From assembly GCA_947588925.1 (NCBI GenBank), contig CANQAT010000002.1, positions 1 to 48,538 on the forward strand: a DNA stretch of 48,538 bases, given 5' to 3'. Within the stretch, counting starts at the first letter, position 1; each line of letters opens with the position of its first letter. The position numbers and the translations under genes were made by a program. The stretch is from an uncultured Bacilli bacterium. Lineage in GTDB: Bacteria > Bacillota_I > Bacilli_A > RF39 > UBA660. This document shows positions 27,510 through 37,004 of this stretch, in pieces. Under the pieces are notes generated by a model. It did no database searches and was not told where the DNA came from. It saw only the letters and a program-made list of their open reading frames with translations.

Positions 27510-29417
27510 TTATTCATCAAGAAGCAAGCGTATTGTTTCTCCTTCATATACACTTTCACCCGCACTAGGTGATTGATATGTGATAACCTCACCTGTACCA
27601 CTATATTCTACTTTAAACTTTTTTAATTCTTTGATTGCATCTTTTACACTCATTCCAACTACATTTGGAACTATTGCATACTGTTTATCAAAGTAGTTAT
27701 ATTCTCTTTCTATTTCATTTTCTCTTTTTTCTATACCGAGTATATCTATTGCACTTAGTAATACATTTTTAGCAATAGGAGCAGCAACAGTTCCACCATA
27801 CTGAGTTATTCCTTTAGCATTATCTATTGCTATATAAACTACAACTTGTGGGTCATCTGCAGGAAGAAAGCCTATGAAACTAGTTATATAATTACCACTT
27901 AAATATGCGCCATTTACAGCCTTTTGAGCAGTACCTGTTTTACCTCCTACTCTATATCCTCCTATATATGCATTATGTCCTGTACCTTTAGCAACTACAC
28001 TTTCTAGTGCATTTCTAACTTTAATACTCGTATCTTCACTTATTACTTTTCTAACTACTTGAGGATTATTTTCAAGTATAACACTATTAGTCTCAGGTTC
28101 GTTTAAACTTTTTACTATGTATGGCTTATAAAGTATTCCTCCATTAATTGCAGCAGATACCGCTGTTATTTGTTGTATTGGAGTTACAGATACACCTTGA
28201 CCAAAGGCAGTTGTTGCAAGTTCCAAATCTCCTATTTTATCTACGTTGAATAGTATTCCGTTTGATTCTCCATTTAAGTCTACTCCAGTTTTTTTACCAA
28301 ATCCAAAAAGGTCGATATAGTTAAATAGTTTTTCTTTACCTAGTTTTAGTCCTAGATTTACAAAACCTGTATTGCATGAGTTTTCTACTACTTGAAGATA
28401 TGTTTCTTCTCCGTGTCCTCCTGCTTTCCAGCAGTGAAGTGTCGCACCTTCAACAGTAACCGCACCAGAGTCAAAGAAATGGTCGTTATCCAAGTCTACT
28501 ATTTTCTCTTCTAGTGAGGCTGCAAGTGTGATTATTTTGAAAGTACTACCAGGTTCATAAGTCATCCAAATAGGTAGGTTTCTATTAATCTGTTCTACTG
28601 TATAGTTTTGATACTCACTCGGACTAAATGTAGGGCGGGATGCGATTGCTAGTATCTCACCTGTATTTGGGTCCATCATAATACCTAACGCTTGGTCAGG
28701 ATTATACTGGCTTACCGCTAAATCAAGTTCTCTTTCTAAAGCCTCTTGAAGTTCAAAGTTAATAGTGAGTGTCATATTAACACCACTTTGTGGTTGTTCA
28801 TATATCTGTGACATAGATAGACTATTACCCTTAGCATCACTAAAGTATTTTATAGACCCATCACTGCCTGTTAAATATTTATCATAAATAAGTTCAAGTC
28901 CACTAAGTCCTTGGTTATCTATTCCAACAAAACCTATTGAGTGAGATAAAAGTGAGTCATATGGATAATTTCTCTTAGCCTCTTTTACTAAATAAACACC
29001 ATCATATCCAAGTGAATTAATCTTATCTGCAATCTCATAGCTTAAGTTTCTTCCTTCTGGATGTACTCTTTCTATTGAAGTTTTTTTAGATACGTGTTTA
29101 TACATCTCATCGTAATCTACATTTAATATCTCTGACAAGGACTTAGCAACTTCTTCTTTATTATTTATTTGATTTGGTATTAATACAAGTGAAGTAGTAG
29201 TAATATTACCTGCAAGTACTATCCCGTTTCTATCGTATATTACTCCTCTATTTGCAGCAAGAGGAAGATTTCTACTCCAAAGACTAGTTGCATACTTATT
29301 TAACTTTTTATAGTCTATTACTTGTATATAAAATACTTTACCTATTATAACTAAGAATAAAAATATTGTAATTAATATAACTATTTTAATCCTTTTATGT
29401 ATATTTTTAAAAAACAT
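27510..29417 (-). CDS. class B penicillin-binding protein, SpoVD/PBP2B-like (one PASTA domain)
   Basis: Motifs SxxK (GSTFK), SxN (SCN) and KTG (GGKTGTAQ), plus a C-terminal PASTA-like segment (VPNVVGMSVKDAIKELK). Start moved to ATG 29417 (GGTGA RBS, MFFKNIHKR); the track start at 29444 has no RBS. Confidence 0.85.
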   Translation of the reverse strand: MFFKNIHKRIKIVILITIFLFLVIIGKVFYIQVIDYKKLNKYATSLWSRNLPLAANRGVIYDRNGIVLAGNITTTSLVLIPNQINNKEEVAKSLSEILNVDYDEMYKHVSKKTSIERVHPEGRNLSYEIADKINSLGYDGVYLVKEAKRNYPYDSLLSHSIGFVGIDNQGLSGLELIYDKYLTGSDGSIKYFSDAKGNSLSMSQIYEQPQSGVNMTLTINFELQEALERELDLAVSQYNPDQALGIMMDPNTGEILAIASRPTFSPSEYQNYTVEQINRNLPIWMTYEPGSTFKIITLAASLEEKIVDLDNDHFFDSGAVTVEGATLHCWKAGGHGEETYLQVVENSCNTGFVNLGLKLGKEKLFNYIDLFGFGKKTGVDLNGESNGILFNVDKIGDLELATTAFGQGVSVTPIQQITAVSAAINGGILYKPYIVKSLNEPETNSVILENNPQVVRKVISEDTSIKVRNALESVVAKGTGHNAYIGGYRVGGKTGTAQKAVNGAYLSGNYITSFIGFLPADDPQVVVYIAIDNAKGITQYGGTVAAPIAKNVLLSAIDILGIEKRENEIEREYNYFDKQYAIVPNVVGMSVKDAIKELKKFKVEYSGTGEVITYQSPSAGESVYEGETIRLLLDE

Positions 29418-29444
29418 ATAATCACCATTAAAATATATGTCCAT

Positions 29445-29472
29445 AAAGAAAAAATAAGCAATATTTTGCTTA
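29445..29472 (-). terminator. candidate terminator insulating the accessory block from the spoVD-like gene
   Basis: Minus strand reads TAAGCA-aaatat-TGCTTA followed by TTTTTTCTTT. Confidence 0.35.
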
Positions 29473-29702
29473 CATATTTTTATACTATATTTAGAGCAAT
29501 TAATTTCAGTTTTAGCTTTAATTTTTTCTAAGACATGAATTTTATATAATGGATAAACTTAAGAACATTATATTATTTATTACTTAAAATTATTGTGTTT
29601 TAACAAGGATTAGTATATTACTTTTTACTGTATATTCTTTTAGATTAAATCCAAATTTAAAAATTTTTCTTACTATTGCTTGTCCTCAAATATAACTATC
29701 TT

Positions 29703-30557
29703 TTATACTTCAATTAGTTTTGATTCTAGTATGTTAATTATTTTTTTTAATGCATTAATTGTATCTTCAAATTCAATATCTTTTGCATATAAATTCTTTG
29801 AAACATATTCATTCCATAAATTGTTCATATTATTATCATAACTTAAGTCTTTAATAACTTCATTAAATTTTTCTATATCAATATCTGTTTCTCTTCTTTT
29901 AAAAGTGTTTTTTATTGCTTTAATTAAATTGTCTATACTTAATTCATTTATCTTTGTATTGATTAATATATAAACATCATAAAAATCTTTTAATCTTGTA
30001 TTTAATAATCCTCTAGTAATAATAGTTTGAAATTTTTCAGCTAAAACTGTCTCAAGCGTATATGACATTATAGGTATCTTTTTATTATCAAAAATAGAAT
30101 TATATTTATACTTCATTTCTTTTGGAGTAATAACATCTCCTGTTGTTAATTCAACAGTAATATAAGTTTTATTATTATCTAACTTAGATAAAATATTTAA
30201 TCTAAAACCTCCATATTCATCTTCTAATCTAATATCTTTAATAGATATAATTTTAAATGATACCCCATCATCAACATCTATGTTAAGTATTTCATTAAAT
30301 ACCCTTTCTATATCATTTTTTGTAAGAGGTATACCTTTTAAAGTTACATCCATATCTTTAGTAGTTCTTTCATCATTACCAATAATAGAAGTAAGTAATA
30401 AACCACCTTTTAATATTAGTTGTCCTCTATAATTACTCATAGATATTCTCTCTAAAATTCTCTCAAAGTAAAATAATTGATAAAATTTTTGTGATATATC
30501 ACTATTTCCGTAAGACTTCTTAGATATGATATTTTTTAATTTATCGGAGTTCATCAT
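29703..30557 (-). CDS. AbiEii/AbiGii-family nucleotidyltransferase toxin (type IV TA)
   Basis: 284 aa with an NTase-like core (LKGGLLLTSIIGNDERTTKDMDV). ATGATGA overlap with the upstream AbiEi-like gene. Confidence 0.8.
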   Translation of the reverse strand: MMNSDKLKNIISKKSYGNSDISQKFYQLFYFERILERISMSNYRGQLILKGGLLLTSIIGNDERTTKDMDVTLKGIPLTKNDIERVFNEILNIDVDDGVSFKIISIKDIRLEDEYGGFRLNILSKLDNNKTYITVELTTGDVITPKEMKYKYNSIFDNKKIPIMSYTLETVLAEKFQTIITRGLLNTRLKDFYDVYILINTKINELSIDNLIKAIKNTFKRRETDIDIEKFNEVIKDLSYDNNMNNLWNEYVSKNLYAKDIEFEDTINALKKIINILESKLIEV

Positions 30558-31147
30558 AATAACACCTCCATATATTCAATCATTTTTTTATCAATATTTA
30601 ATTTTTTTGCATATTTCATTAATTTAAATAAATCTTTATCTTTTCTTTTAGCATACCATTTTAATGCTTTTGTAAAAATTTCTTTCTCCATATGATTTCT
30701 ATATTTAACTATATCACAAATAGTTCTTTCCAAATCATAAACTCTAAGTTTCATTCCAAAAGGAGATAAAACTGTAGTTAAACCTAGTTCTAAAAGTTCT
30801 TTTTTTACATAGTGCAACTGAACATTTTTATCTTTACTTAAACTACCATTATATCCAATTGGCACAGTCATATCAAAATAAAGTGGAGTTCTATCAGATA
30901 AATCATAAAAATAAAGTGCGGTAGAATGAGAAAAAACGCAGTTTTTAGATTTTAATTGATATTCATAATAATCATCGCAAAAAGAATTTGCAATTGCATA
31001 ATATCCTCTAGTAATTCTTTCTAATTTATTTTGTTTAACCAGTCTTGTTAATTCAATAGTATTAATATTTGAATCCTTGACTTGTTTTGTCGTAACATAT
31101 CCATTATTTTCATTTGCAATTTTAATAATTTTTTCCGAATTGGTCAT
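30554..31147 (-). CDS. AbiEi-family antitoxin / transcriptional regulator
   Basis: 197 aa. N-terminal wHTH-like region (GYVTTKQVKDSNINTIELTRLVKQNKLERITRGYY) plus a C-terminal AbiEi-type domain. 4-nt overlap with the toxin gene. Confidence 0.75.
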   Translation of the reverse strand: MTNSEKIIKIANENNGYVTTKQVKDSNINTIELTRLVKQNKLERITRGYYAIANSFCDDYYEYQLKSKNCVFSHSTALYFYDLSDRTPLYFDMTVPIGYNGSLSKDKNVQLHYVKKELLELGLTTVLSPFGMKLRVYDLERTICDIVKYRNHMEKEIFTKALKWYAKRKDKDLFKLMKYAKKLNIDKKMIEYMEVLL

Positions 31148-31168
31148 ATTATCACATCCATCGTATTA

Positions 31169-31197
31169 ATTTTAACATTTATTTAAGACTAAGTAAA
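31169..31197 (-). promoter_or_regulatory. candidate sigma-A promoter of the abiEi-abiEii operon
   Basis: Minus strand reads TTTACT(31192-31197), 17 nt spacer, TAAAAT(31169-31174). Phased A-tracts and a 14-bp palindrome TTTTGTATACAAAA (31253-31266) lie upstream. Confidence 0.45.
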
Positions 31198-31318
31198 TAC
31201 ATTTTGTTGCTTTTTTTCTTATTTTTTTATTTTTTTGCGTTTTTTTGCAACATTTTGTATACAAAAAAATGGCAGTATTTTCCATAAATTCTGTGTGAAA
31301 AATTCTACCTATTTAATA

Positions 31319-32044
31319 TTACCACTTAATATTTTCAGGATAGTTGTAGTGCAACTGAGAAAGATTACAATTTTTTTCATTACATATTTTTTCTATCCTT
31401 TTTTTCATACGATAATATTCATCGTAGTCTATGTAATTATATATAGAATCAGCAATATGCATAAATTCTTTTTCTCTTTTACCTTTTGTCATATTAATAT
31501 AATCAATCGATATAATTTCAAACCACTGTGGGATATATGTATCATCTGTTACAATTGATTCTAATAATCCTTTTTTTATTTCATTAAATTTTACTTCCGT
31601 AAGAATATCTTCTAAAGATTGTAAAACTAATGAATAAAAATAATTTACCATATTGACATAAGGATTGTATATATCATTTTCCTTTTTATCAATCTTTCTT
31701 ATGAAATACTTAATTAAAACCATATCTAAAAGTAAATCGGTTAATAAATAATTAAAGCAAAAGTATACATTTTTATCAGTTATATCTTTCTTTTTAAAAT
31801 TAAAATTTTCTCTTGTATAATCATCTAAATTATTTCTAACAAGAATAGCCTCTCTTTGCCCTTGATATGCATGTCTTAAATCGTACAAGAAGCAATATAA
31901 ATGGTTTTGAATCATATATTCATTAATATTGGCAGAATCTCCATGTATTAAATGATTTATACTATCATATAAAAAATCTAAATCATCATAATCTCCGCAT
32001 ATTGTAACCCCTGTATAATTCTCAGTTAATTTTACTTTTAACAT
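31319..32044 (-). CDS. hypothetical protein (241 aa), no family recognised
   Basis: Uninterrupted ORF with AAGGAGAG RBS, starting 34 nt downstream of the ATPase gene on the same strand. Soluble and Y/D/N-rich; no motif I can assign. Confidence 0.6.
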   Translation of the reverse strand: MLKVKLTENYTGVTICGDYDDLDFLYDSINHLIHGDSANINEYMIQNHLYCFLYDLRHAYQGQREAILVRNNLDDYTRENFNFKKKDITDKNVYFCFNYLLTDLLLDMVLIKYFIRKIDKKENDIYNPYVNMVNYFYSLVLQSLEDILTEVKFNEIKKGLLESIVTDDTYIPQWFEIISIDYINMTKGKREKEFMHIADSIYNYIDYDEYYRMKKRIEKICNEKNCNLSQLHYNYPENIKW

Positions 32045-32078
32045 ACTACTCTCCTTTTAACAATATTTAAATCCAAAA

Positions 32079-33368
32079 TTATTTTATACAAAATACAGCA
32101 TATAGTGGGACTGACTTTATATTATTTTCAAAGCCAAAATTTTTAGATGATACTCTAATACTATACTTAGGATTATATTTTTTTATATACTCATTTAAAC
32201 TCTTACTATCAGTTCTTCTTCCACTTTTTACTTCTAATGGAATAATATCTCCATCTATTTTTACTAAAAAGTCTATTTCATATTTATCAAAGTTGTAATA
32301 ATACAACTCTTTTGATTTTGGATATAACTCACAAGCTATATAATTTTCAGTAAGAATTCCTTTATACATTTCATTCTTATCTAAAAGTATCTCACTATAA
32401 TCTAAATTAGATAGCGCTCTTAGCAATCCTACATCACTTAAATATAATTTAAATTTATCAGAATTTACAAATGCCTTTAAAGGTGATTCGTTTTTTTCTG
32501 TTAAATCACACTTTAATAACATATTACTAGCAAGTAGCCAATCTAAACTACTCTCATACCTAATCTTTCTTGCATCTTTATCTACTATGCTATATTTGAA
32601 TGTATTATTAACTCTTGCAAGTTCTTTAGGAATAGAATTATATATCTGGCTATTTTTAATTCCCTCACTATTTAAAGTATATTTATTCATATCAGCTAAA
32701 TAAGAAGTAATTATTTGCTCCTGAAGTTCAAAATTTACGTGTGATATGGAATTGTTTTCTATAAAATTATTAATCATAGCAGGCATACCACCTAATACTA
32801 AATATTTTTTATATAAATCAAGGGCTTTTTCATGAATAGGTTTCATCAATGCCTCATTAGTTTCGTAGTGCTTTTTTATCTCATCAATTAGTCTTGTTTC
32901 TCCTAAAGCAATTAAATATTCTTCAAAACTCATAGGATATAAGTATTTAATATTAATCTTACCCACTGGAAATGAAGATTTAAATCTATTAATTTTAACT
33001 CCTAAAAGCGAACCAGCACAGACTATTTTATAAGGTTTTTCGCTTTCACAAAAATACTTTAAAGATGATATAGCTCTTTCACTTACATGTATCTCATCTA
33101 TGAAAATTATTGTATTTTCTGGATTTATATTTATATTTTTTATAATCTCTATTTTTTCAATTATCTCTTCTGGAACAAGGGTATCTTTAAAAACATCACT
33201 TATATTTTCTTCTTTTTCTAAATTTATATAGACATAATTTTCAAAATTTTTTTTACAAAACTCCTCTAATATATAAGTTTTACCTGTTTGTCTTGCACCC
33301 ACTAACATAAGTGGCATTTTATAATCATTCTTCCATGCTTTTAATTCTTCTTCTATTTTTCTATACAT
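32079..33368 (-). CDS. AAA-family ATPase with DUF4143-type C-terminal domain
   Basis: Walker A GARQTGKT and Walker B IIFIDEIH. The C-terminal EIDFLV...PLEVKSG is compatible with a PD-(D/E)xK-like fold attributed to DUF4143. Confidence 0.85.
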   Translation of the reverse strand: MYRKIEEELKAWKNDYKMPLMLVGARQTGKTYILEEFCKKNFENYVYINLEKEENISDVFKDTLVPEEIIEKIEIIKNININPENTIIFIDEIHVSERAISSLKYFCESEKPYKIVCAGSLLGVKINRFKSSFPVGKINIKYLYPMSFEEYLIALGETRLIDEIKKHYETNEALMKPIHEKALDLYKKYLVLGGMPAMINNFIENNSISHVNFELQEQIITSYLADMNKYTLNSEGIKNSQIYNSIPKELARVNNTFKYSIVDKDARKIRYESSLDWLLASNMLLKCDLTEKNESPLKAFVNSDKFKLYLSDVGLLRALSNLDYSEILLDKNEMYKGILTENYIACELYPKSKELYYYNFDKYEIDFLVKIDGDIIPLEVKSGRRTDSKSLNEYIKKYNPKYSIRVSSKNFGFENNIKSVPLYAVFCIK

Positions 33369-33400
33369 AGAATTTCACCTTATGGAATTATTTTAACATA

Positions 33401-33457
33401 TTTCGTACAAAAAAGACATATTTTTAACATGATTTTCGTACATTTTGTACGAAAATC
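33401..33457. promoter_or_regulatory. perfect 11-bp-arm inverted repeat plus a third half-site between the Fic and ATPase genes
   Basis: GATTTTCGTAC-atttt-GTACGAAAATC at 33431-33457, with an additional TTTCGTAC at 33401-33408. No T-run follows on the minus strand. Confidence 0.35.
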
Positions 33458-33472
33458 AAAAAAAGAAGATAT

Positions 33473-34222
33473 TTATTTATCTTCTAACTTAAAATTTAAC
33501 ATTTCTTTTGCAACACTTTCAAACCTGTCTTGTTCGTGCTTCAAAGTGTCTATTAAAAACATTTTGTCTTCTTTATAATTCTTTAAACCTCTCATGTAAA
33601 AAGGTTTATCTTCATCCAGTATAATAAAAGGCATAATATTATGTTTTAAACATTCTTTAAACATAATCATTCTACCAACACGACCATTTCCATCACTAAA
33701 AGGATGTATGCATTCAAACTTATAATGAAAATCTACAATATCTTCTATAGTAACACTCTTTAAATTATTATACTTAACAATCAGTTTATCTAAATCTTTT
33801 TCAACGTTACTGGGTGATGATGTATTTACGACATTTATAAGTCCAATATTGTTGGGTACTACCTTAAATCCACCTACATTATATCTTGGATTATCTTCAT
33901 CGTTAGTATTTCTTTTTAAAATTTTATTCATATTTATCATTATTTCTTTTGAAATGGGTTCATCAATAATATCAAGGCAATAATCAAATAATCTAAAATG
34001 GTTTTTCATTTCAATTAAATCATCTAATTTAATTGAATTATCACTTTTTGGAATAAATGAATTTGTTTCAAATATTTCTTCTGTTTCATCTTCTGTTAGT
34101 TTATTGCCTTCTATTTTATTTGAATTATAAGCAAAATTAACTTGAGAATAATGGTATAAATTGCCTTTAAACTTAGTCTTTTTTTGTTCTATAAGTTCTT
34201 CTTTTATTCTTGATACATCCAT
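33473..34222 (-). CDS. Fic-family protein (class II, with N-terminal inhibitory motif)
   Basis: Fic motif HPFSDGNGRVGR. The N-terminal SNKIEG matches the (S/T)xxxE(G/N) autoinhibitory helix motif. Confidence 0.88.
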   Translation of the reverse strand: MDVSRIKEELIEQKKTKFKGNLYHYSQVNFAYNSNKIEGNKLTEDETEEIFETNSFIPKSDNSIKLDDLIEMKNHFRLFDYCLDIIDEPISKEIMINMNKILKRNTNDEDNPRYNVGGFKVVPNNIGLINVVNTSSPSNVEKDLDKLIVKYNNLKSVTIEDIVDFHYKFECIHPFSDGNGRVGRMIMFKECLKHNIMPFIILDEDKPFYMRGLKNYKEDKMFLIDTLKHEQDRFESVAKEMLNFKLEDK

Positions 34223-34262
34223 AGAATCACCACATCAATTATATCACAATAATATTTAAAAC

Positions 34263-34291
34263 AAAATAGTTAATAAACCATTAACTATTTT
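34263..34291 (-). terminator. AT-rich 11-bp hairpin after the Ham1-like gene (weak terminator candidate)
   Basis: AAAATAGTTAA(34263-34273)/TTAACTATTTT(34281-34291). The minus strand continues GTTTTAAAT. Confidence 0.3.
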
Positions 34292-34393
34292 AATATATTA
34301 TCATATTTTGACTTTTCTTCTTAAATTTGCAAATTATTTTAACTTTTTGCTTCAATAATATATCTTAAACAATTTCTTCGATTACTATTAATC

Positions 34394-34948
34394 TTACTTA
34401 TTTTTCAAAAAATCTGCAAGTTCATGATAGGCATTTGTGTTCCAAACCATGCATCTTTCTTCATCAGGATAATTTCCCATTGTTTTATCATATCCATCAG
34501 GAATAAAAATGAAATCCCAACTCCAACCATATTTACCAGATTTTTCTTTTGCTATTTTTCCTTTTGTAATTGATTTAAATACAATAGGATCTTTTCCATA
34601 TTCACAGTATGCAAACGCTTCAATAAAGCAAGCATTTCTATTCTCTATTCCATCAAGAAGTTTTAATAATCCTTCTTCTCCAAGTTTTTCATCAACATAA
34701 TGTGTATAAGGACCGGGAAACCCACCAAGTGCTTCCACATATAAACCAGTATCATTTTTTAAAACTGTGCATTTTAATTTCTCACTAGCTTCTTTTGCTG
34801 AATGCATTGCTACTTCTTCAACCGTATCAGCTTGAATTTCTGTTGTTTCCATCTTAATATTATCAACTTCAATACCAAGAGGTTCTAATATTTGCTTTGC
34901 ACTCATTATTTTAGACCAGTTACCAGTAACATAAGTTATTTTTTTCAT
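34394..34948 (-). CDS. Ham1/RdgB-like non-canonical purine NTP pyrophosphatase
   Basis: VTGNWSKI at the N-terminus and NDTGLYVEALGGFPGPYTHY, an ITPase-family pattern. Confidence 0.72.
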   Translation of the reverse strand: MKKITYVTGNWSKIMSAKQILEPLGIEVDNIKMETTEIQADTVEEVAMHSAKEASEKLKCTVLKNDTGLYVEALGGFPGPYTHYVDEKLGEEGLLKLLDGIENRNACFIEAFAYCEYGKDPIVFKSITKGKIAKEKSGKYGWSWDFIFIPDGYDKTMGNYPDEERCMVWNTNAYHELADFLKNK

Positions 34949-34967
34949 TTTTTATCACTCCTCACAA

Positions 34968-37004
34968 TTAATCAATCTTTTTCCTTAATATTCTCATAGT
35001 ATTTAATATTGTAAGTAAAGTAACACCAACATCTGCAAATACTGCTTGCCACATACTTGCAACACCCACTACACTAAGTATTAATACAAGTACTTTAACA
35101 CCTATTGCAAATATTAAGTTTTCTTTAATTATTCTACTTACATATTTAGATATATTAATACTTGTAACAATTTTACTTAACTCATCAGTCATAATAACTA
35201 CATCTGATGCTTCTATTGCAGATTCTTGTCCTATACCTCCCATTGATATACCAATATGAGCTAAGGCTAAAGTCGGTGCGTCATTTACTCCATCACCGAC
35301 AAAAGCAACTACGTCTTTATCTTTTACATAACTTTCTAATAATTCGTATTTTTCATTTGGAAGTAATTCATAGTTTATTTTATCTAACTTTAAAGTATTA
35401 CCTACACTTAATGCATTATTTTTACTATCCCCTGTAAACATTTCACAAATTATATTTTTATTTTTTAAAGATTTTATAGTACTAATTGTGCCATCTTTTA
35501 ACTTATCAGTTACATTTAAACTAGCAACTACCTTACTATTAATACTTATATAAATATAGGCATTACCGTTTTCTACATTATTAAATGAATCACTACCTAT
35601 TTTTATTTTATCGCTACCTATTTCAAAGGAAATACCTTTGCCCTTTTCTTCTTTAAAGTTTTTAACATCGCTGTTATCTACATCTATTTTTAATAGTTCT
35701 ATTAAGCTTTTAGCAATAGGATGGTTAGATAAAGACTCTCCTTTTACTATTAACTCTTTTATATAATTTTCTTCTAAATTTTTATCATACATTTCTATTT
35801 TTATATTTTCAAATTTACCTGTTGTAAGCGTACCTGTTTTATCGAACACTATTTTTTTAATATTTCTTAAATTATCTAAGTAGTTACTACCTTTAACAAG
35901 TATTCCTTCTTTTGATGATTTACCAATACCTGCAAAATAACTTAAAGGAACTGAAATAGCAATCGCACAAGGGCAAGATATTACTAAAAATACAAGTGAC
36001 TTATAAAACCATACATTAAACGCATCTTTAGTAAATATAACTCCATATAAAAGTACTAATATAGCAAGTATAAATACAAGTGGTGTGTATATACGCGCAG
36101 CCTTTGATACAAATGTCTCAGTCTTAGCCTTATTATCAGTTGCATTTTCAACAAGTTCAAGTATTTTATTTACTGTACTATCTTCATAACTAGTAGTAAC
36201 TTTAACCTCGATTAATCCATCTACATTAATCATACCAGATAGTATTTTATCGCTTTCTTTAAACTCTTTTAAAACACTTTCTCCAGTTAGGGCACTAGTA
36301 TTCATTTTAGCAGAACCTTTTATTACTATACCATCTAGTGGGACTTTCTCTCCTGTTTTAACAACTATAACATCATCTATATTAACACTCTTAGGGTCTA
36401 CTTCTTTTATATTTTTTCCAACTTTTAAATTAGCATATATAGCTTTTATATTCATTAGATTTGAAATAGACTTCCTAGAGTTATTTAAAGCAACACTCTC
36501 AAGTATCTTACCTATTTCATATAAAGTTATAACCATCAAGCCTTCACTTTGTTTATTTATTATATAAGCACCTACACAAGATATAGTAATTAAGAAATTC
36601 TCATTGATTGTTTTTTCCTTAACAAGTATTTTTATAGCTCTTATAAATGTCTTAGATAAAAGTATTATATAAGATATTATAAGTAGTATATTTTTTAATA
36701 TATCACCTTTAACTATTAAGCCTATTATACCTATTAAAACACCTATAAATAGTCTTAATATATCGTATATAACTTTAGTCTCTTTAACCTCAGTTTCGTA
36801 TATCTCAACACCATCTTCAGTTTTCTTAACTATTTTATTTACGTATTTTAATACGTCTTTAGTCATATCTGTTTCTATTGTTACTTTAAGGTTAGAAAAA
36901 TTTACACTAGCACTTTTTATATTCTTATCTTTATTTAGTGTATCTTCTATTCTTTTTGCGCAGTTAGCGCACTCTAAATTACTTATATTAAATTTATATT
37001 TCAT
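34968..37004 (-). CDS. heavy-metal translocating P1B-type ATPase (CadA/ZntA-like)
   Basis: HMA domain with CANC, TGES, membrane CPC (SCPCAI), DKTGTLT, SNHP, GDGVNDAP. The track start (37016) is a GTG; I prefer ATG 37004 (MKYKF). Confidence 0.9.
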   Translation of the reverse strand: MKYKFNISNLECANCAKRIEDTLNKDKNIKSASVNFSNLKVTIETDMTKDVLKYVNKIVKKTEDGVEIYETEVKETKVIYDILRLFIGVLIGIIGLIVKGDILKNILLIISYIILLSKTFIRAIKILVKEKTINENFLITISCVGAYIINKQSEGLMVITLYEIGKILESVALNNSRKSISNLMNIKAIYANLKVGKNIKEVDPKSVNIDDVIVVKTGEKVPLDGIVIKGSAKMNTSALTGESVLKEFKESDKILSGMINVDGLIEVKVTTSYEDSTVNKILELVENATDNKAKTETFVSKAARIYTPLVFILAILVLLYGVIFTKDAFNVWFYKSLVFLVISCPCAIAISVPLSYFAGIGKSSKEGILVKGSNYLDNLRNIKKIVFDKTGTLTTGKFENIKIEMYDKNLEENYIKELIVKGESLSNHPIAKSLIELLKIDVDNSDVKNFKEEKGKGISFEIGSDKIKIGSDSFNNVENGNAYIYISINSKVVASLNVTDKLKDGTISTIKSLKNKNIICEMFTGDSKNNALSVGNTLKLDKINYELLPNEKYELLESYVKDKDVVAFVGDGVNDAPTLALAHIGISMGGIGQESAIEASDVVIMTDELSKIVTSINISKYVSRIIKENLIFAIGVKVLVLILSVVGVASMWQAVFADVGVTLLTILNTMRILRKKID

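Noticed and set aside
31235-31558. Plus-strand ORF of 107 aa overlapping the 3' end of the 241-aa gene
   Set aside because: It starts in the A/T-tract promoter region, has no RBS, gives a Phe/Ile-rich product, and overlaps a better-supported minus-strand ORF.
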